Origin: Mytilus californianus
Lineage: Eukaryota
DNA: 64,000 bases
Assembly (NCBI RefSeq): GCF_021869535.1
Contig: NW_026262690.1
Span: forward strand, 91,822,001-91,886,000
Reading direction: 5' to 3'
In this document: positions 13,718 through 26,140 of the stretch, one piece after another
Layout: each line of letters starts with the position of its first letter
How positions within the stretch are numbered: position 1 is the stretch's first letter
Notes under the pieces: model-generated
What the model was told of the DNA's origin: nothing
The model's database searches: none
What the model saw: only the letters and a program-made list of their open reading frames with translations
Position numbers and translations under genes: made by a program

Positions 13718-14677
13718 GTAAGTACGGATTAATTCGTGCATGTAGTTCGTGAATCAGTGACCAAAAACGCCTTTGTAGAAAATACATAAGCGACCAGTAA
13801 TCAAAGCTTTGATTATTGTGCTACTCATGATGATTTACCTACGTTGTTTTCGGAATGGTAAGCATGCGTAGAATTGTCGTTCAATATTCTTATTCTTTAT
13901 ACGATTTAATGTAAGATTTGGTATAGAAAAGGACAGATGATGCTTTAATAGTGATTACTGATGTCGGTATAATATCTTCCGTTCGTTTGATCACTAGTGC
14001 TAGATTTTTTAGGAGTTTCCAATCTTTGTTCATAGTTTAAGTTCTCTCGTTTTTTCCCTCATTTTTTCCTTCATGACTATTAAGAAGTTTGAAGGTTATT
14101 CAGTCCAGCAGGTAGGGGGCTATTTATTTAGTATATTTGCCAAAATTTTCACTACCAGAGCATGCTGCAAATGTTTTTTTTAACTAAATAATCAACAAAC
14201 TCTTCACAATGAAAATTATCTCAAGTGTTTCACTGCAATCTTCAATCGACTTTTTTAAAATTCAATTAATCTACTTCGTTTTATTTAACAACACTACATG
14301 AGCAAGCATGTTTTGAATCATTTTACATTTAACATGGATATTGTTCTTAGGTCTTTTAAAACCTTAATTCGTGTCACAATTATATTCGGTTGGTTAAATA
14401 TGTAGATACGTTTGAATTCTGTTCGGAACAAAGAAGGTAAATATAAATATGCATGTTTAAAAGTTTATCTGTATTTAAATGTACATTTTCTTTGCACACT
14501 TATTTTTAATGACAATTTTAAATTTGTCTATAAAGTTTTCATTCGTGAACGGATCTTTTTGTTATATTGCTTCTATTTGATGTATCCGGGTAATCAAGAT
14601 TCCCAAAATATTGACACCCGTACAAGGGGACATAATCGACCAATTTTACTGGTTAATCCCATTCACAATAATAAGTA

Positions 14678-15110
14678 GATTGATTGATTGAATGTTAGTT
14701 GCTTGACGTCCAGTTGCAAATATTTCATGCATATTCAGGACGAGAACAAATTTACAATAATACAATAGCCTGGTCATGTAATAGAGGCCGTCCGGAATAA
14801 AGGTTGGGGATATTTTGGACTGGCACTGTAAAATAAGGTTATATTTGACTGGGACGGAAATTTTGCCTTGCAACTAGCCACCTATGTACCCCTTCATTGA
14901 GTTGTTGCAAGAGTTCTTAACGTACAAAGAGCGTGGTTCTCTGACTAAACGAGGCATCCGATTTAACGTGCCCATTCTGACCGGATGTGGCTGCGTAATT
15001 GTACATTCCGCTCAGCCAAACGGACGCCCCACTTTGGCGAGGGTTTTTCTTCAAGTCGGGAGAAGACCAAGAGTGAATAATATTTCTATTTCCCAGTGAA
15101 CCTTGGGGGA
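14678..15110 (-). mobile_element. SINE-like element with (TCAA)n tail
   Basis: GATTGATTGATTG tail plus GC-richer body; homologous 3' part at 56747-57020; tail fragments near 10345, 21420 and 29290. Confidence 0.6.
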
Positions 15111-17373
15111 TAATTAGTACCAGTACCAGTACCAAGCCATGACTATGACAATCTATCACCACATTTTCTAATGATTATCTGTTGACGAGATTTTTTTTGT
15201 CATCTTGTGTAGGCAGAAAACTCGTCATTTTGAGACAAGTTAGTTTGAACGCATTACAGAATCCATTTTGAGACAAACTAGATTAACGACAATAAAGAAT
15301 CCATTTTGAGGCAACCCAGATTTACGACATCTTTGTGCATGTCTATTTCAAAACAAACTAAATTAACGAAATTCAAAAATCCATTTTGTTTTTATTTGAC
15401 TAAATAGAACAGTGTCATAAAAAGTATATATTCCAATAGACATAAAACACTCGTCTATTGTTGAATACCGAATGTTCACCTTTAAATGGCTTTATCTTTA
15501 TTTGTATCGATGGATTGCTGTCCCATGACGTATTCAATACATCAGATTATGTTCAGGCTGACAATTACACTTTTCATATTCTATAGTTATGATGAGAATG
15601 AACGAAATGGACATTCTTACTAAAAAACTATTGTTAAGGCATTTACCTATATAGATGGATTCAAATGTAGGAGCATATTACAATATGCTTCTTCTTTTAG
15701 GTTTGGTGCATTTCTTGTTTCCTGTTTTCGCCAAGAACGTTTACACCGAAGCCTTTTTTCTTTCTAAAATATACCTGTGTTATTTTCGCAAGTACAACGA
15801 AGGACGTTATAACGTGTTTACAATAACTTGGAGTTAAAAAGTAATTTACCGTTTATTAACAGCTCTTAGAATAGATTTTCTTTAAGAGATATAGTTATCT
15901 CTAATATTGTCTTATTTTACAATGATCAAAAGAGTTTCAATCGATAAAATTAACTTATTTCAATGATCTTTGACTGCATCTTTTCAATTATTTTAATTTG
16001 ATATACAAAAAAAATCCAAACGTCGCATTACAGACTATAAATACGTTGTTTATGCGCAATATCAAAATATTCAGACTTTACGAACAATAAAGTTCAATTG
16101 TTTGTTTACTTAATTGTATCATATAATGGTATTAATTTCATTTTGACAATCATTACATACATTTAAAACAGATTATACACATTGGTTTTATCTTACTCTA
16201 AAGTGACATGCAATGATGGACGGAAAATTAAAAAAATAAAGAAACTAAGTCATAAGTCACAGAAAAACTGACAACACCAAGAAACGAAAAACGACGAATT
16301 TTAAAAGACAAACAAGTCCACAATACACTGCATAGAAAACTAAAGACTCAGCAACACGAACCCAACCAAATAAAACAGGGGTCAACTCAGGTGCTCCGGA
16401 AGGGTAGTAAGGGTTTTCCCCCATTTCCCAATTTCTTTGTACATATCGTCTGGGACATAATATATAGTATAATAGTCCCAGATATCGTTAATAACTTAGA
16501 TACGTATAATGCACTGTTTCAACGCCGAGAAATTTTTACCATGTGGTTTGATTTTCGGGGTACTCTATTAGTTTAGATTATCCGCATGTTATCAAACTTC
16601 AAAAAGCCTTTTGTAATTCAAGTTTTTGGAGTGAAAAATCCCAGTTTCAGCTAATGAAATTCTCTGGAAACTTAGTTTTTGGTAAACATTTAATAACTTC
16701 ATAGATTTTACATCGTTATTCTTTGGTCCTCTGCACTTTAAAACAGCACAAATGGTCAAGTTCAGTTAATTCTTTAAAATCATCACATGCACATGTCGAA
16801 TATCTGGCAGAGAGGTTTTTTGAAAGAATATCCGTGTTCCTCATGTTTTAGGGCTTTTAGAGATATTGACCCAGTTATTTTGATCTTTAATCAAATACTA
16901 AACTACAAAAAGTATTTTTAAACGCAGTGCATGTACGAACAAGTGAAACTTTATCATAGATAACAATTCACAATTTGGACGGAACTGTTCTCCCGTATAC
17001 TTCAGTTAAACTCATTCCCTCTTCATGGGACGGTCAACAAATACCGCACTTACTAAATTTGTAAAACATCTTCAGAAAAGTAGTGCTACATATAACGGGG
17101 TTGTAATGTTGCTATTTGGGATTGGACATTAGTCTATGATAAGTATCTTGGAGATGACAAGAAGGCACCAAAGTTACTGGCATGACAAAAACTGCAACAT
17201 GAATGTTCAATATTTACTAAAAGAGTTAGAAAAGGTGATAAAAAAACGTTGGACAATAAATGCAACACAGTTTTCTCTGTTTGTGCAAATAAGATTTCTG
17301 TAGGACCCAGAGTTAAGTCAAAGTTGTGTTTCCCTTTGTTTTCCTTACACTTGCTGTGGATTTTTGGGGGTCT

Positions 17374-17797
17374 GGGCCCGTATGCATAAAGCTACTTAAG
17401 GGAGCTACCATTTGATTTGTATGGGGGGGGGGGGGGGGGGGGCTAGGATGAAATTTAAAAAAAAATAGGCAGGACAGGAGTTTTGAGTAAAAAAAAAGGC
17501 AGGATGAGACACTTGCAAAAAAAAAAGCCAGGATGACAATTTAGGTAAAAAAAAGTCAGGATAAACTTTAAAAAAAAGGCAGGACCGAATAGAGTGAAAA
17601 ATAAAAAGGCAGGACAGAGATTACAACTAAAAAAAAATGCAGGACAAAATTTTTCATCCTAGCCCCCCCATAAAAATCAAATGGTAGCTCCCTAAGTTAA
17701 GATATCCAATCATAATACTAATTTATCGTAGGACATGTAGAAAAACCCGTCAGTTCTGAACAAATCTTAACTTAAGTAGCTTTATGCATACGGGCCC
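17374..17797. mobile_element. Outer MITE (TIR GGGCCCGTATGCATAAAGCTACTTAAGTTAAGAT) interrupted by a second MITE
   Basis: The left TIR is restored to the reverse complement of the right TIR (~17764-17797) when 17400-17695 is removed. Confidence 0.8.
17400..17692. mobile_element. PIF/Harbinger-like MITE with internal GGCAGGA repeats
   Basis: TIR GGGAGCTACCATTTGATTT/AAATCAAATGGTAGCTCCC, 3-bp TAA duplication; truncated copy at 30177-30426. Confidence 0.85.
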
Positions 17798-18476
17798 TGA
17801 TGTATAGAAAACAAAATCAAAAACACACACACTGTAAAATTCTTTTAAAATTAATGAAAAAATATTTGTAAGGTGATATCTGAATTTAAGTCGTATGAAT
17901 TAGGGGGAGAGTTAGGCGCCCGCTGATATGTTTAACTCTGCCACATTATGTATGTGTCTGTCACCAAGTCAGTAGCCTGTAATTCGGTGGTTGTCGTTTG
18001 TTATTGTATATCATATTTGTTTTTTTTTTTCATTTCTTATTGTTTTGTACACAAATCAAGCTTGTTTTCTTGTTTGAATTGTTCCACATTTGTCATTTCG
18101 GGGCCTTTTATAGCTTGTTATGCGAGATGGGTTTTGTTGATTGTTGAAAGCCGTATGGTGACCTATAATAGCTTATTTCAACGTCATTTGGTCTTTGGTG
18201 GAGAGTTGTCTCATTTGCAATCATACCTCATCTTCTTATTTTTATTTTATATGAAAATCCTCCATCACTAACAGGTTCAATTTAAACTGATGTGTAGTTT
18301 GCACGATACTTTTTGAGCAAATAAAATATTGATGTTAAAAATTGGCGTCTAATTGTTTGCATGTTTAGTTTATTATTTGGGTGTGTTTTTATTTTTGTTT
18401 CTGGCTGGTAGGTTTTGTAAATTCGATTTGACGCAAAACAAAACAAAAACAGATATGACATAATAGCTCAAATAGA

Positions 18477-18678
18477 TGAGGGTCTGGACTGGGTTTACAG
18501 AATAACGAATTATAGGCAAAATTAAATAAAATAGAGAGAAAAAAGGGGAAAAAATTAAAAGAATAGAGAATAATGGGGTACTGAAATATAAAGAATAGAG
18601 AATAATGGGGAAAAATAGAAAAAATCTGTCAAAAAATTAAAAGAATAAATAAATGAAAGACCTCCATCCATACCCTCA
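18477..18678. mobile_element. MITE with AGAATAGAGAATAA internal repeats
   Basis: TGAGGGTCTGGA...TCCATACCCTCA flanked by TAGA on both sides; related fragments at ~6890-7025 and ~22250-22365. Confidence 0.65.
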
Positions 18679-18926
18679 TAGATGATCCGATTTACGAACT
18701 ATCAGTTTTCTATAACATTACACAAAATATAATTGTCATGCCATCACAACTGTAAGTATTGATAAAACTAGAGTTTGTAAGTGTCTCTTCTTTGATATTT
18801 CATTACAAAGCTATTAGTTTTAAAATCTGATCAAAACACCGTTTAATTCATAAAAAAAATAATGTATTTAATATTGGTTTTTGGTTTGAATTCCGTTTGG
18901 GTCGGTTTTCTTGCAATTCAGATGTA

Positions 18927-19085
18927 TAAGATAACATATATATATTTGTTTAGGGGCCAGCTGAAGGACGCCTCCGGGTGCGGGAATTTCTCGCTGCATT
19001 GAAGACCTGTTGGTGACCTTCTGCTGTTGTCTGTTCTATGGTCGGGTTGTTGTCTCTTTGACACATTCCCCATTTCCATTCTCAA
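18927..19085 (-). repeat. Abundant dispersed repeat (GAGAATGGAAATGGGGAATGTGTCAAAGAGAC family)
   Basis: Near-identical segments at 28850-29225 (+), 43583-43735 (+) and 53498-53752 (-); other parts of similar repeats at ~1170-1900, 17930-18250, 39880-40510 and 48130-48770. Confidence 0.75.
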
Positions 19086-20689
19086 TTTTATGATGCAGGA
19101 AATAAAAATACAAAAAAACATTTTCTTAGCACACAACATTGATTACTTTTTAGTCTTGTTTATGTCACAGAGACCGATCAAGATTCAAAGGGGATCGAGA
19201 TGGCGGTCTTTTTTCCCGATTTTTAATACATTTCAACATGGAAACCGGTTTTTTTTTTAGGATTGAATTTATTGTAGATCTGTGGTTTTAATTCCATTAT
19301 GAAGTTCCTATGCAATAAGTTATTACATGCAGGCACGGATCCAACCATTTGTAAAAGAGTGACCCAACACATGAAAGTCATATAAAAGGGGAGGGGGGGG
19401 GGGGGGTCCAACCAAACGTCGCCCGGAATACTCTCCCCCTGGATCCGCCACTAACAAGTAGGCCCAGTGTATACTTAGTATATAGGGTTATTGCATGAAT
19501 ATTTGTGAATACTTTATCACAAGTAGATTTATTTATGTAGCACGAGCTTGTGAGTTTAATACATTTTACGAGAGATAGTATTCGCAAATATTCATGCAAT
19601 GTCAATTTGTATAGAAAAGCTTAAAAAACTGACCAAACATGTTTTTCTTCTCACTGATGACGTCACAAAATTTGAAGCTTTATTTTCACTAGAGCAATAT
19701 GATATGCTATTGCACGCTAATTTATTTTGTGTTCTGTTTGAATTATGTTTCTTTCTATTAATTTGATTGATAGTATGCAACAACAACAGGAGTGAAACAG
19801 CGATATGCGATTGTTGTTGAACCAAATTAATATTGAAAATCAAATGTTTACCATCGTGTTAAATTTGACCAATTATGCCTGAGCTGCACACGTTTTACAC
19901 AATGCGAAAGTTGTGCGAAACTAGCACCACCTCGCCTCGAAGGTTGAATATCGTTCGTTCTAATGACGACAACTATTTTACTTTAGCTTACAAAGACCAA
20001 AGACTGTTGATTTAATTTAAATCCTTCTATATTCTAACTCCATAAATAAGTAGTTCACTTTCCCTTATACTTTACCCTTGGAAGGGGAATTAAACATTTA
20101 AAACACAGAGGTTTGATGAAATGCTGTGTGTTTATTTAGCAGGAAAATGATGTGTGTTTCAAAACAAACTGAACAGAACATGTATTTATCACTTTAGAAT
20201 GTTTGAAAATGGCAATCAAAAGGAAGGAAAAGAAAAAAACACCTGTTTTCCGAACTAGAAATTAACTAAGAATTTAACATTTAATTAAGATTATTTTGCA
20301 TACTTCTTTATATCACAAATAACATTTATGTTGCTATTTAAGTAAAAGTGCAAAATATTGAGTCAAAAGTTCATGTTAAATTTTCGTGAAGTAATTCACT
20401 TAAACCGCATTAAAGTCACATTTTAAACATAACATGGCCGTCCATTGGGAAATTACAACACGATATGGTCAAATACAAGACAATTAAAACAGCATACATC
20501 ACATTATTCCTAATTTCGATGATAAAGGATGAATGGTTTTATTCTGATCTAATTCACGTGATAGTATTGTGCCTTTCAGAAATTAATTAATTAGAGCAGT
20601 ATATGTGAAATTGAACATGTGAGAGTGACTTTCATTTACCCTAAGTTTAATTACATATCAGAAAGTCGTTTTCGTTTCTGTACTTTCAG

Positions 20690-20822
20690 GTGTTGAAATA
20701 AAGTGGCAGGAAATTGCAACAGACATGGCAAGCGATGTGAATGTAACGGGAATCGTATTTGGTGCCATTTTTGGAGCTCTTTTTGTTTTTACGTGTATTA
20801 TATCGGCCATTAAAGCCGTCAG
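20690..20822 (+). CDS. Transmembrane exon: (G)VEIKWQEIATDMASDVNVTGIVFGAIFGALFVFTCIISAIKAVR
   Basis: tttctgtactttcag acceptor, AG|GTAAGT donor, open frame with a ~23-aa hydrophobic helix, phase 1 to phase 2. Confidence 0.85.
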
Positions 20823-22469
20823 GTAAGTGGTGTTTTTTTTTTTTTTTAATTATTATTAGTATTAAAAATATCATGATTTGCTAGATACAAAAAAGTAAGG
20901 CAAGCATTTGAGCAAAAAAGGAAAATATTCACATGTTTATTGAAATCAGCATTTAATATCTCTAAATCAATGTACGGTTTATTTTTTACGAAAGTAGGTC
21001 AGAATTGTTGCTGTTAATTACACCAAGTTCTTAAGGGATCACACTCCCACACAAAATAGTACATTATTGAACTCCGATGTTTATAAATAATGCAACGAAC
21101 AAGGTATATGATAATATTTTTTCCATAACATGTGGGAAACAAACTATAAAAAATACTCAATTGCCTTGTACTCTTGTATATGCACGAAAAATATACTTGC
21201 TAGATTTCCCTTGTTTTCAAAGTTAAACAACTTTTGGAAAATAAGAAGGGTAGGGAAATACAATAAAAAAAAAACGTAATATTTCAAACGAGCAAGTACC
21301 GATCAGCATTTTTTTTTTAATTTTTGAAGAAAAAAATTGTTTTAATACCTATAACATCAAATGAAATTGAGATAGAATAGGTTTAAATATTTACTGTTTG
21401 CCTCTTTTGCTGGTATTTAATCTGTAATTTCCTGAACGTATGAAATATTTGCAACTGGAAGTAACATAAACAACCGTTATTTTCAAAGAAAAAAACAGCC
21501 GTTAATGGTTTGGGTAGATCTAATAGTTACTGTTGTCGACTAAATTGTAATGGCTTTTGACAAAATTGACCATACAACTGTCATGGTATTCTCTATTTTC
21601 AAGTATTAAATCTGACCAAAAAGTGAGGCGAAAGATACCAAAGGGACATTCAAACTCAAAAGTAGAAAATAAACTGACAACGCCATGGCTAAAAAAATTA
21701 AAAGACCAATAGACAAACAACAGCACACAAAACACAACATAGAAAACTAAAGACTAACTAAATTATATTATAAGTGTGTTGTTAAATGACACACGTGGTG
21801 TTGAATTTCAAATATATTATATTCTATTTTAGTAATACCCGGTGAAGACTGCATGTGTTTTATTTATAGAATCATAAATATTTTGAACTCATTTTCACTT
21901 TTTGATCTTCCCAAGGTCATATTTACATCAATATAGATACGAATCAATAAATAGATCTTCTCTAATACATATAGATATTTGAACATGTCAGCTTCTTAAC
22001 GATGAATAACATCAATGTTGTCATCCGACTTTATTCAAGAGGTCTGGACAGGGGTCCTTCATTTCTGTTTTTGAGGCCTGTTTCTATATCTTAAAAAATA
22101 ACGCTTTTTTCTGTAAAATTCTTATGATTTTTTTATTAATAATAGATTTGTGTGTATTGAAATGATTTTTTATTTTGTACATGGTTCATTTCTGTTATCA
22201 GCATTATGTTACCTAATTCTTTTATATTTCACAGTTATTCTTGATTCTTGTATACCCCACTATTCTCTATTCTTATTTGTTTTTTTTTTTTACTAATTTT
22301 TCTCTATTTATTAAATTTTTTTGCCATTATTCTCTATTCTGTAAACCCCATCCAGACCCTCATTCAAGACAACTTTAGTGAGGTTTACAGGGGCTTATCA
22401 GTCAATGGTTCTCTCCAGATAAAAAAAAAACATTTATTTAGTCATCGAGAATGGGCAAATGGTTTAAGA

Positions 22470-22591
22470 ATTGAATGCTTCTTTTTGTAAATTTATTTGG
22501 GTGTAAAAGCGTTGACCGAAGTACATTCTAAAAATGTGCGCACGGTCAACGCTTTTACAACCTTATAAAACTACTAAAAGAAGCATTCAAT
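22470..22591. repeat. ~120-bp palindromic (foldback) element
   Basis: ATTGAATGCTTCTTT/AAAGAAGCATTCAAT outer arms and TGTAAAAGCGTTGACCG/CGGTCAACGCTTTTACA inner arms. Confidence 0.8.
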
Positions 22592-22596
22592 ACTTA

Positions 22597-22832
22597 GGGA
22601 ACGACAATTTAACTTCAAAGGGGGGGGGGGGGGGGGGTCATGGTTTTTTCCTAAAAAAATATTCTGATTTTCCCCATACCTTATAATGTTAAATTTTGAA
22701 AAAAAATAATTTGATTGATAGCGTCGAAAATCTACCAAAAAAATGTTCGTGCTTAGCGCGAAAAAAAATTTCTGACTCAGACAAGAAACTATTACCCCCT
22801 CCCCCCACACTTGAAGTTAAATGATTGCTCCC
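22597..22832. mobile_element. Harbinger-like MITE
   Basis: GGGAACGACAATTTAACTTCAA ... TTGAAGTTAAATGATTGCTCCC; flanks TTA/TTG. Confidence 0.65.
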
Positions 22833-22892
22833 TTGTAATTACTTTTTTTTTTTGCTAGGATCATGAAAACACGATTTCTATCAAGTTTTTCC

Positions 22893-23162
22893 ATTATTTA
22901 CCTGTGCACTTTATTGTGGAAGCTCGTGTCATCATGAATGTTACATTTCATTTTGAAATGAATGTTTATTTCAGAATGACGCGAGATTGCTGTTAGCCAA
23001 TCAAAATAACGTATTATAATGAAACATACATGTAATATAATTATTTACCTGTGCACTTTATTGTGAAAGCTCGTGTCATCATGAATCTTACATTTCATTT
23101 TGAAATGAATGTTTATTTCAGAATGACGCGAGATTGCTGTTAGCCAATCAAAATAACGTATT
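22893..23162. repeat. Direct duplication with ~147-bp period
   Basis: ATTATTTACCTGTGCACTTTATTGTG starts at 22893 and 23040. Confidence 0.85.
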
Positions 23163-23658
23163 CAAGAACAATGTGGGTAAAAAGGCCATTATAATGCATA
23201 GTATTGAACTGAAATTGAAATTCGATCCGCTCGGGCATAGCTTTTTGGTTGTTATTAAACAACCTACTATATTTATAAGTCTTAATTATATAAAGGAACC
23301 CTCAAAAAGACTACACATAAGTTTCAGAACTTCGAACAAATAAACCCAGGTTATAATTCTTAAAAAAAGAAACAAAGGAAAAGAAAGGACATGGGGGAAG
23401 ATATAGATCATGAAATCCTAGGAAATAACTTTTATAGGTTTTTTTTTCATCTTGACAGTGCTGGAAGGCTTCAACGATGAGCTACAAAACCCACAACTTA
23501 GATTAAGGTCACGACTGGCGGCCCCTAGTGTCAACCATGCTTTGGATGCACACATGCACACTATTACACATTACTTGCATTTTATTTATCAACATGATAA
23601 ACAAGCGGTGTGACTCGTATTTTATTTGGCCTTCTTAACTTTTTCGATTCGAACGCTA

Positions 23659-23706
23659 GCGTCACTGATGATCGAGTCTTCTGTAGACGAAATGCCCATC
23701 TGGCAT
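23659..23706 (+). ncRNA. Degenerate hammerhead ribozyme motif, probably inactive
   Basis: GCGTCA-CTGATGA-[TCGA insertion]-GTCT TCTGT AGAC-GAAA-TGCCCA-TC|TGGCAT. Confidence 0.6.
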
Positions 23707-24292
23707 ACCAATTTTTAATCCTGATATCTATGTTGAGTTTATCGTACAGCTATTGTACAACATGTACTTTATTCTCAACTGAACATCTATAAAATGTTCT
23801 GTTAACATCTTAATGAACTTTCATACATACGATGTTCTCTCTTATTGTTACGTCTTATGACAGATCACAGCAAGATAATTACACAGACAACCAAAACGAT
23901 GTTTATGCAAACATTTGAAAGAGAAAAAAAACAATGAAATAGAACACTGTTAGTCTCTGTTTTACACAGTAATATGTGACCGATTCTTTTCTAATAAACA
24001 TTTTTTTTAAATCATATATTTAATTCTTATTTGACGAAAATGAGTAAAATGAAATTAAATGCAAAAAGGATCGTCTCGCTTTGCTTTCCGTAAGCATACA
24101 ACATTTAAACACATATTCAAACTTTTTTTAATTCTGCTAGAGGTTACGTACTGGTACAGATGACCTTCACGCAAAATGTAATACGGTCAAAGAGTTTACA
24201 AGAAGTGAAATTAAATTAGATGCACTAAATCGTACTAAGATAGCGTTTCAATTGAATTTCAGATCAAAGAAAATATTTTTTTTACTTTTCAG

Positions 24293-24764
24293 AGATAGAA
24301 AACTTATTAAAGAACGGATTGCCGAGAAAAGACGGACAAAATTAGAAGAAAGTGCATATGACAATTATACCGAGCTAGAGACTCGTGAAATTGAACATCC
24401 AGTGTCATTGCCAAATATATCCATTGAAGTTCCATTAGGCCAAAGTCCTTCATATAGCAAATCAAAACGAATGGACAAATCATGCACAAAGCGTTCAGAA
24501 AAGACACAAAAATCCCCCATTAGATTAAATGTTCCAATGGGTGATACTCGTGAAACTGCACCTCCGTGGAACTATATTCCTTCTCGGAAGGCTACGAAAA
24601 ACATTATCAGGAGAAATTCGTACGACATGGCCATAGGGCGATATACAGTATTATGCAGTAAATATGGTGGAACGCCTATAGTCAATGGAACTGCCACAAA
24701 CTGTAGTACGATAGCTTACGAAAATAGTGCATACTGTGAAAATTCATCAGATATTGTTTTATAA
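24293..24764 (+). CDS. Terminal exon encoding a Tyr-rich cytoplasmic tail ending ...YENSAYCENSSDIVL*
   Basis: Pyrimidine-rich ttttttacttttcag acceptor, phase 2 matching the previous donor (AG+A = Arg), 157-codon open frame; spliced CDS 7+133+472 = 612 nt. Confidence 0.85.
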
Positions 24765-25146
24765 CTTAAAAATCATTGTATAATCTTCACAACTATGAAA
24801 ATATCTTAAAAATTACTTCAATATCGAATACTATGTTATATAATATTATGTTGCACTCAGAAAAACGTGATCAGGTCCACAAAATTATTACATTGTGACT
24901 TCATTTTGTGCTCTAGAAACCGCCAAATTAATTGTACGGATGAACTCTTACAAAATTTTCAGATTTTAATGTAACGTGGGTAACGTCTTGTGACCAGTCG
25001 ATTCGCTCATGTAAAATAACTAACCAATATCCATTCATAAAGAATCTCATCAGTATACTGATACGGTTGCTTTTTAAAAAAATAGCTTTTCCAATTATTA
25101 ATATTTTTTTATGATAATATTTCTCTTCTAAAACAACTTTTATCAT

Positions 25147-26140
25147 GGTGTGAATAGTCTTAACCCCAGGATGACTGTGCTATAATAAACATGGGATCCT
25201 GGTTCACTGCTCAACAGAGGACTACTATACCCCCCCCCAAAAAAAAAAAATTATGACCCTCAAGTTATATCATCTTTCGTAATCACCGAATGACATAATA
25301 TGACATAAAGTGATATAATATGGGGGTCATAAATAGAAGATGGGGGTCATAAATAACTTATGTGATTATGACCCCCATATTATATCACTTTATGTCATAT
25401 TATGTCCTTTGGTGATTACGAAAGATGATATAACTTGGGGGTCATAATTTTTTGGGGGGGTCCAAGAACCCCCTATAGTAGTCAGAAGAGGTTTGGTCAG
25501 AATGACTGTGCTATAGTTAGCATGGTATCCTGACTCACTGCTCGACAGAGGAGGTTTGGTCAGAATGACTGTGCTATTATTAGTTAGCATGGGATCCCGA
25601 CTCACTTCTCGACAGAAGCGGTTTGGCCAGGATAACTGTGCTATAGTTAGCATGGGATCCTGGTTCACTGCTCGACAGAGGAGGTTTGGCCAGGATGCCA
25701 GGCTAGGTATTATAATATGGTTACCTGGATATCAACTGTCAGCAAGATCAATACTGAGTCTGGGTTCATTTTGGCTGTGTGGGATGTATATATACGCAGC
25801 CACGTCCGATAGGTTTTAATGGTTTCTGTGTAAAATTTGATATATCATTACGTGTTGCTGCATTGTACTCTTTTGCGTGCGCGTTTGAAAAAAACATAAA
25901 AGAACATTCGAAAAAGATTACAGTTTAAACACGACATTCTGCAATCACAGAGTATCAAAATATCAAGTAAAGACTTATATTTTATCTTCACAAAATCATT
26001 TTGGTGTGAATAGTCTTAACCCCAGGATGACTGTGCTATAGTTAGCATAGAATCCTGACTCACTGCTCGACAGAAGAGGTTTGGACAGGATGACTGTGCT
26101 ATAGTTAGCACGGGATCCTAACTCACAGTCATCCTGGCCA
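25147..26140. repeat. 63-bp tandem repeat family (GGTTTGGCCAGGATGACTGTGCTATAGTTAGCATGGGATCCTGACTCACTGCTCGACAGA) in two blocks
   Basis: Units at 25484 and 25547 (63-bp period); start sequence GGTGTGAATAGTCTTAACCCCAGG repeated at ~25147 and ~26003. Confidence 0.75.
25220..25483. mobile_element. Foldback MITE with long inverted arms
   Basis: GACTACTATA...TATAGTAGTC termini; arms 25251-25332 and ~25366-25447 are near-perfect reverse complements. Confidence 0.8.

Noticed and set aside
15655-15837. ORF with signal-peptide-like start (MLLLLGLVHFLFPVFA) as an exon of the membrane-protein gene
   Set aside because: No convincing phase-compatible donor before the stop; cannot be excluded without RNA data
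16680-17330. Coding-like composition (LDGTVLPYTSVKLIPSSWDGQQIPHLL)
   Set aside because: Multiple stops in all frames examined and no recognisable family motif
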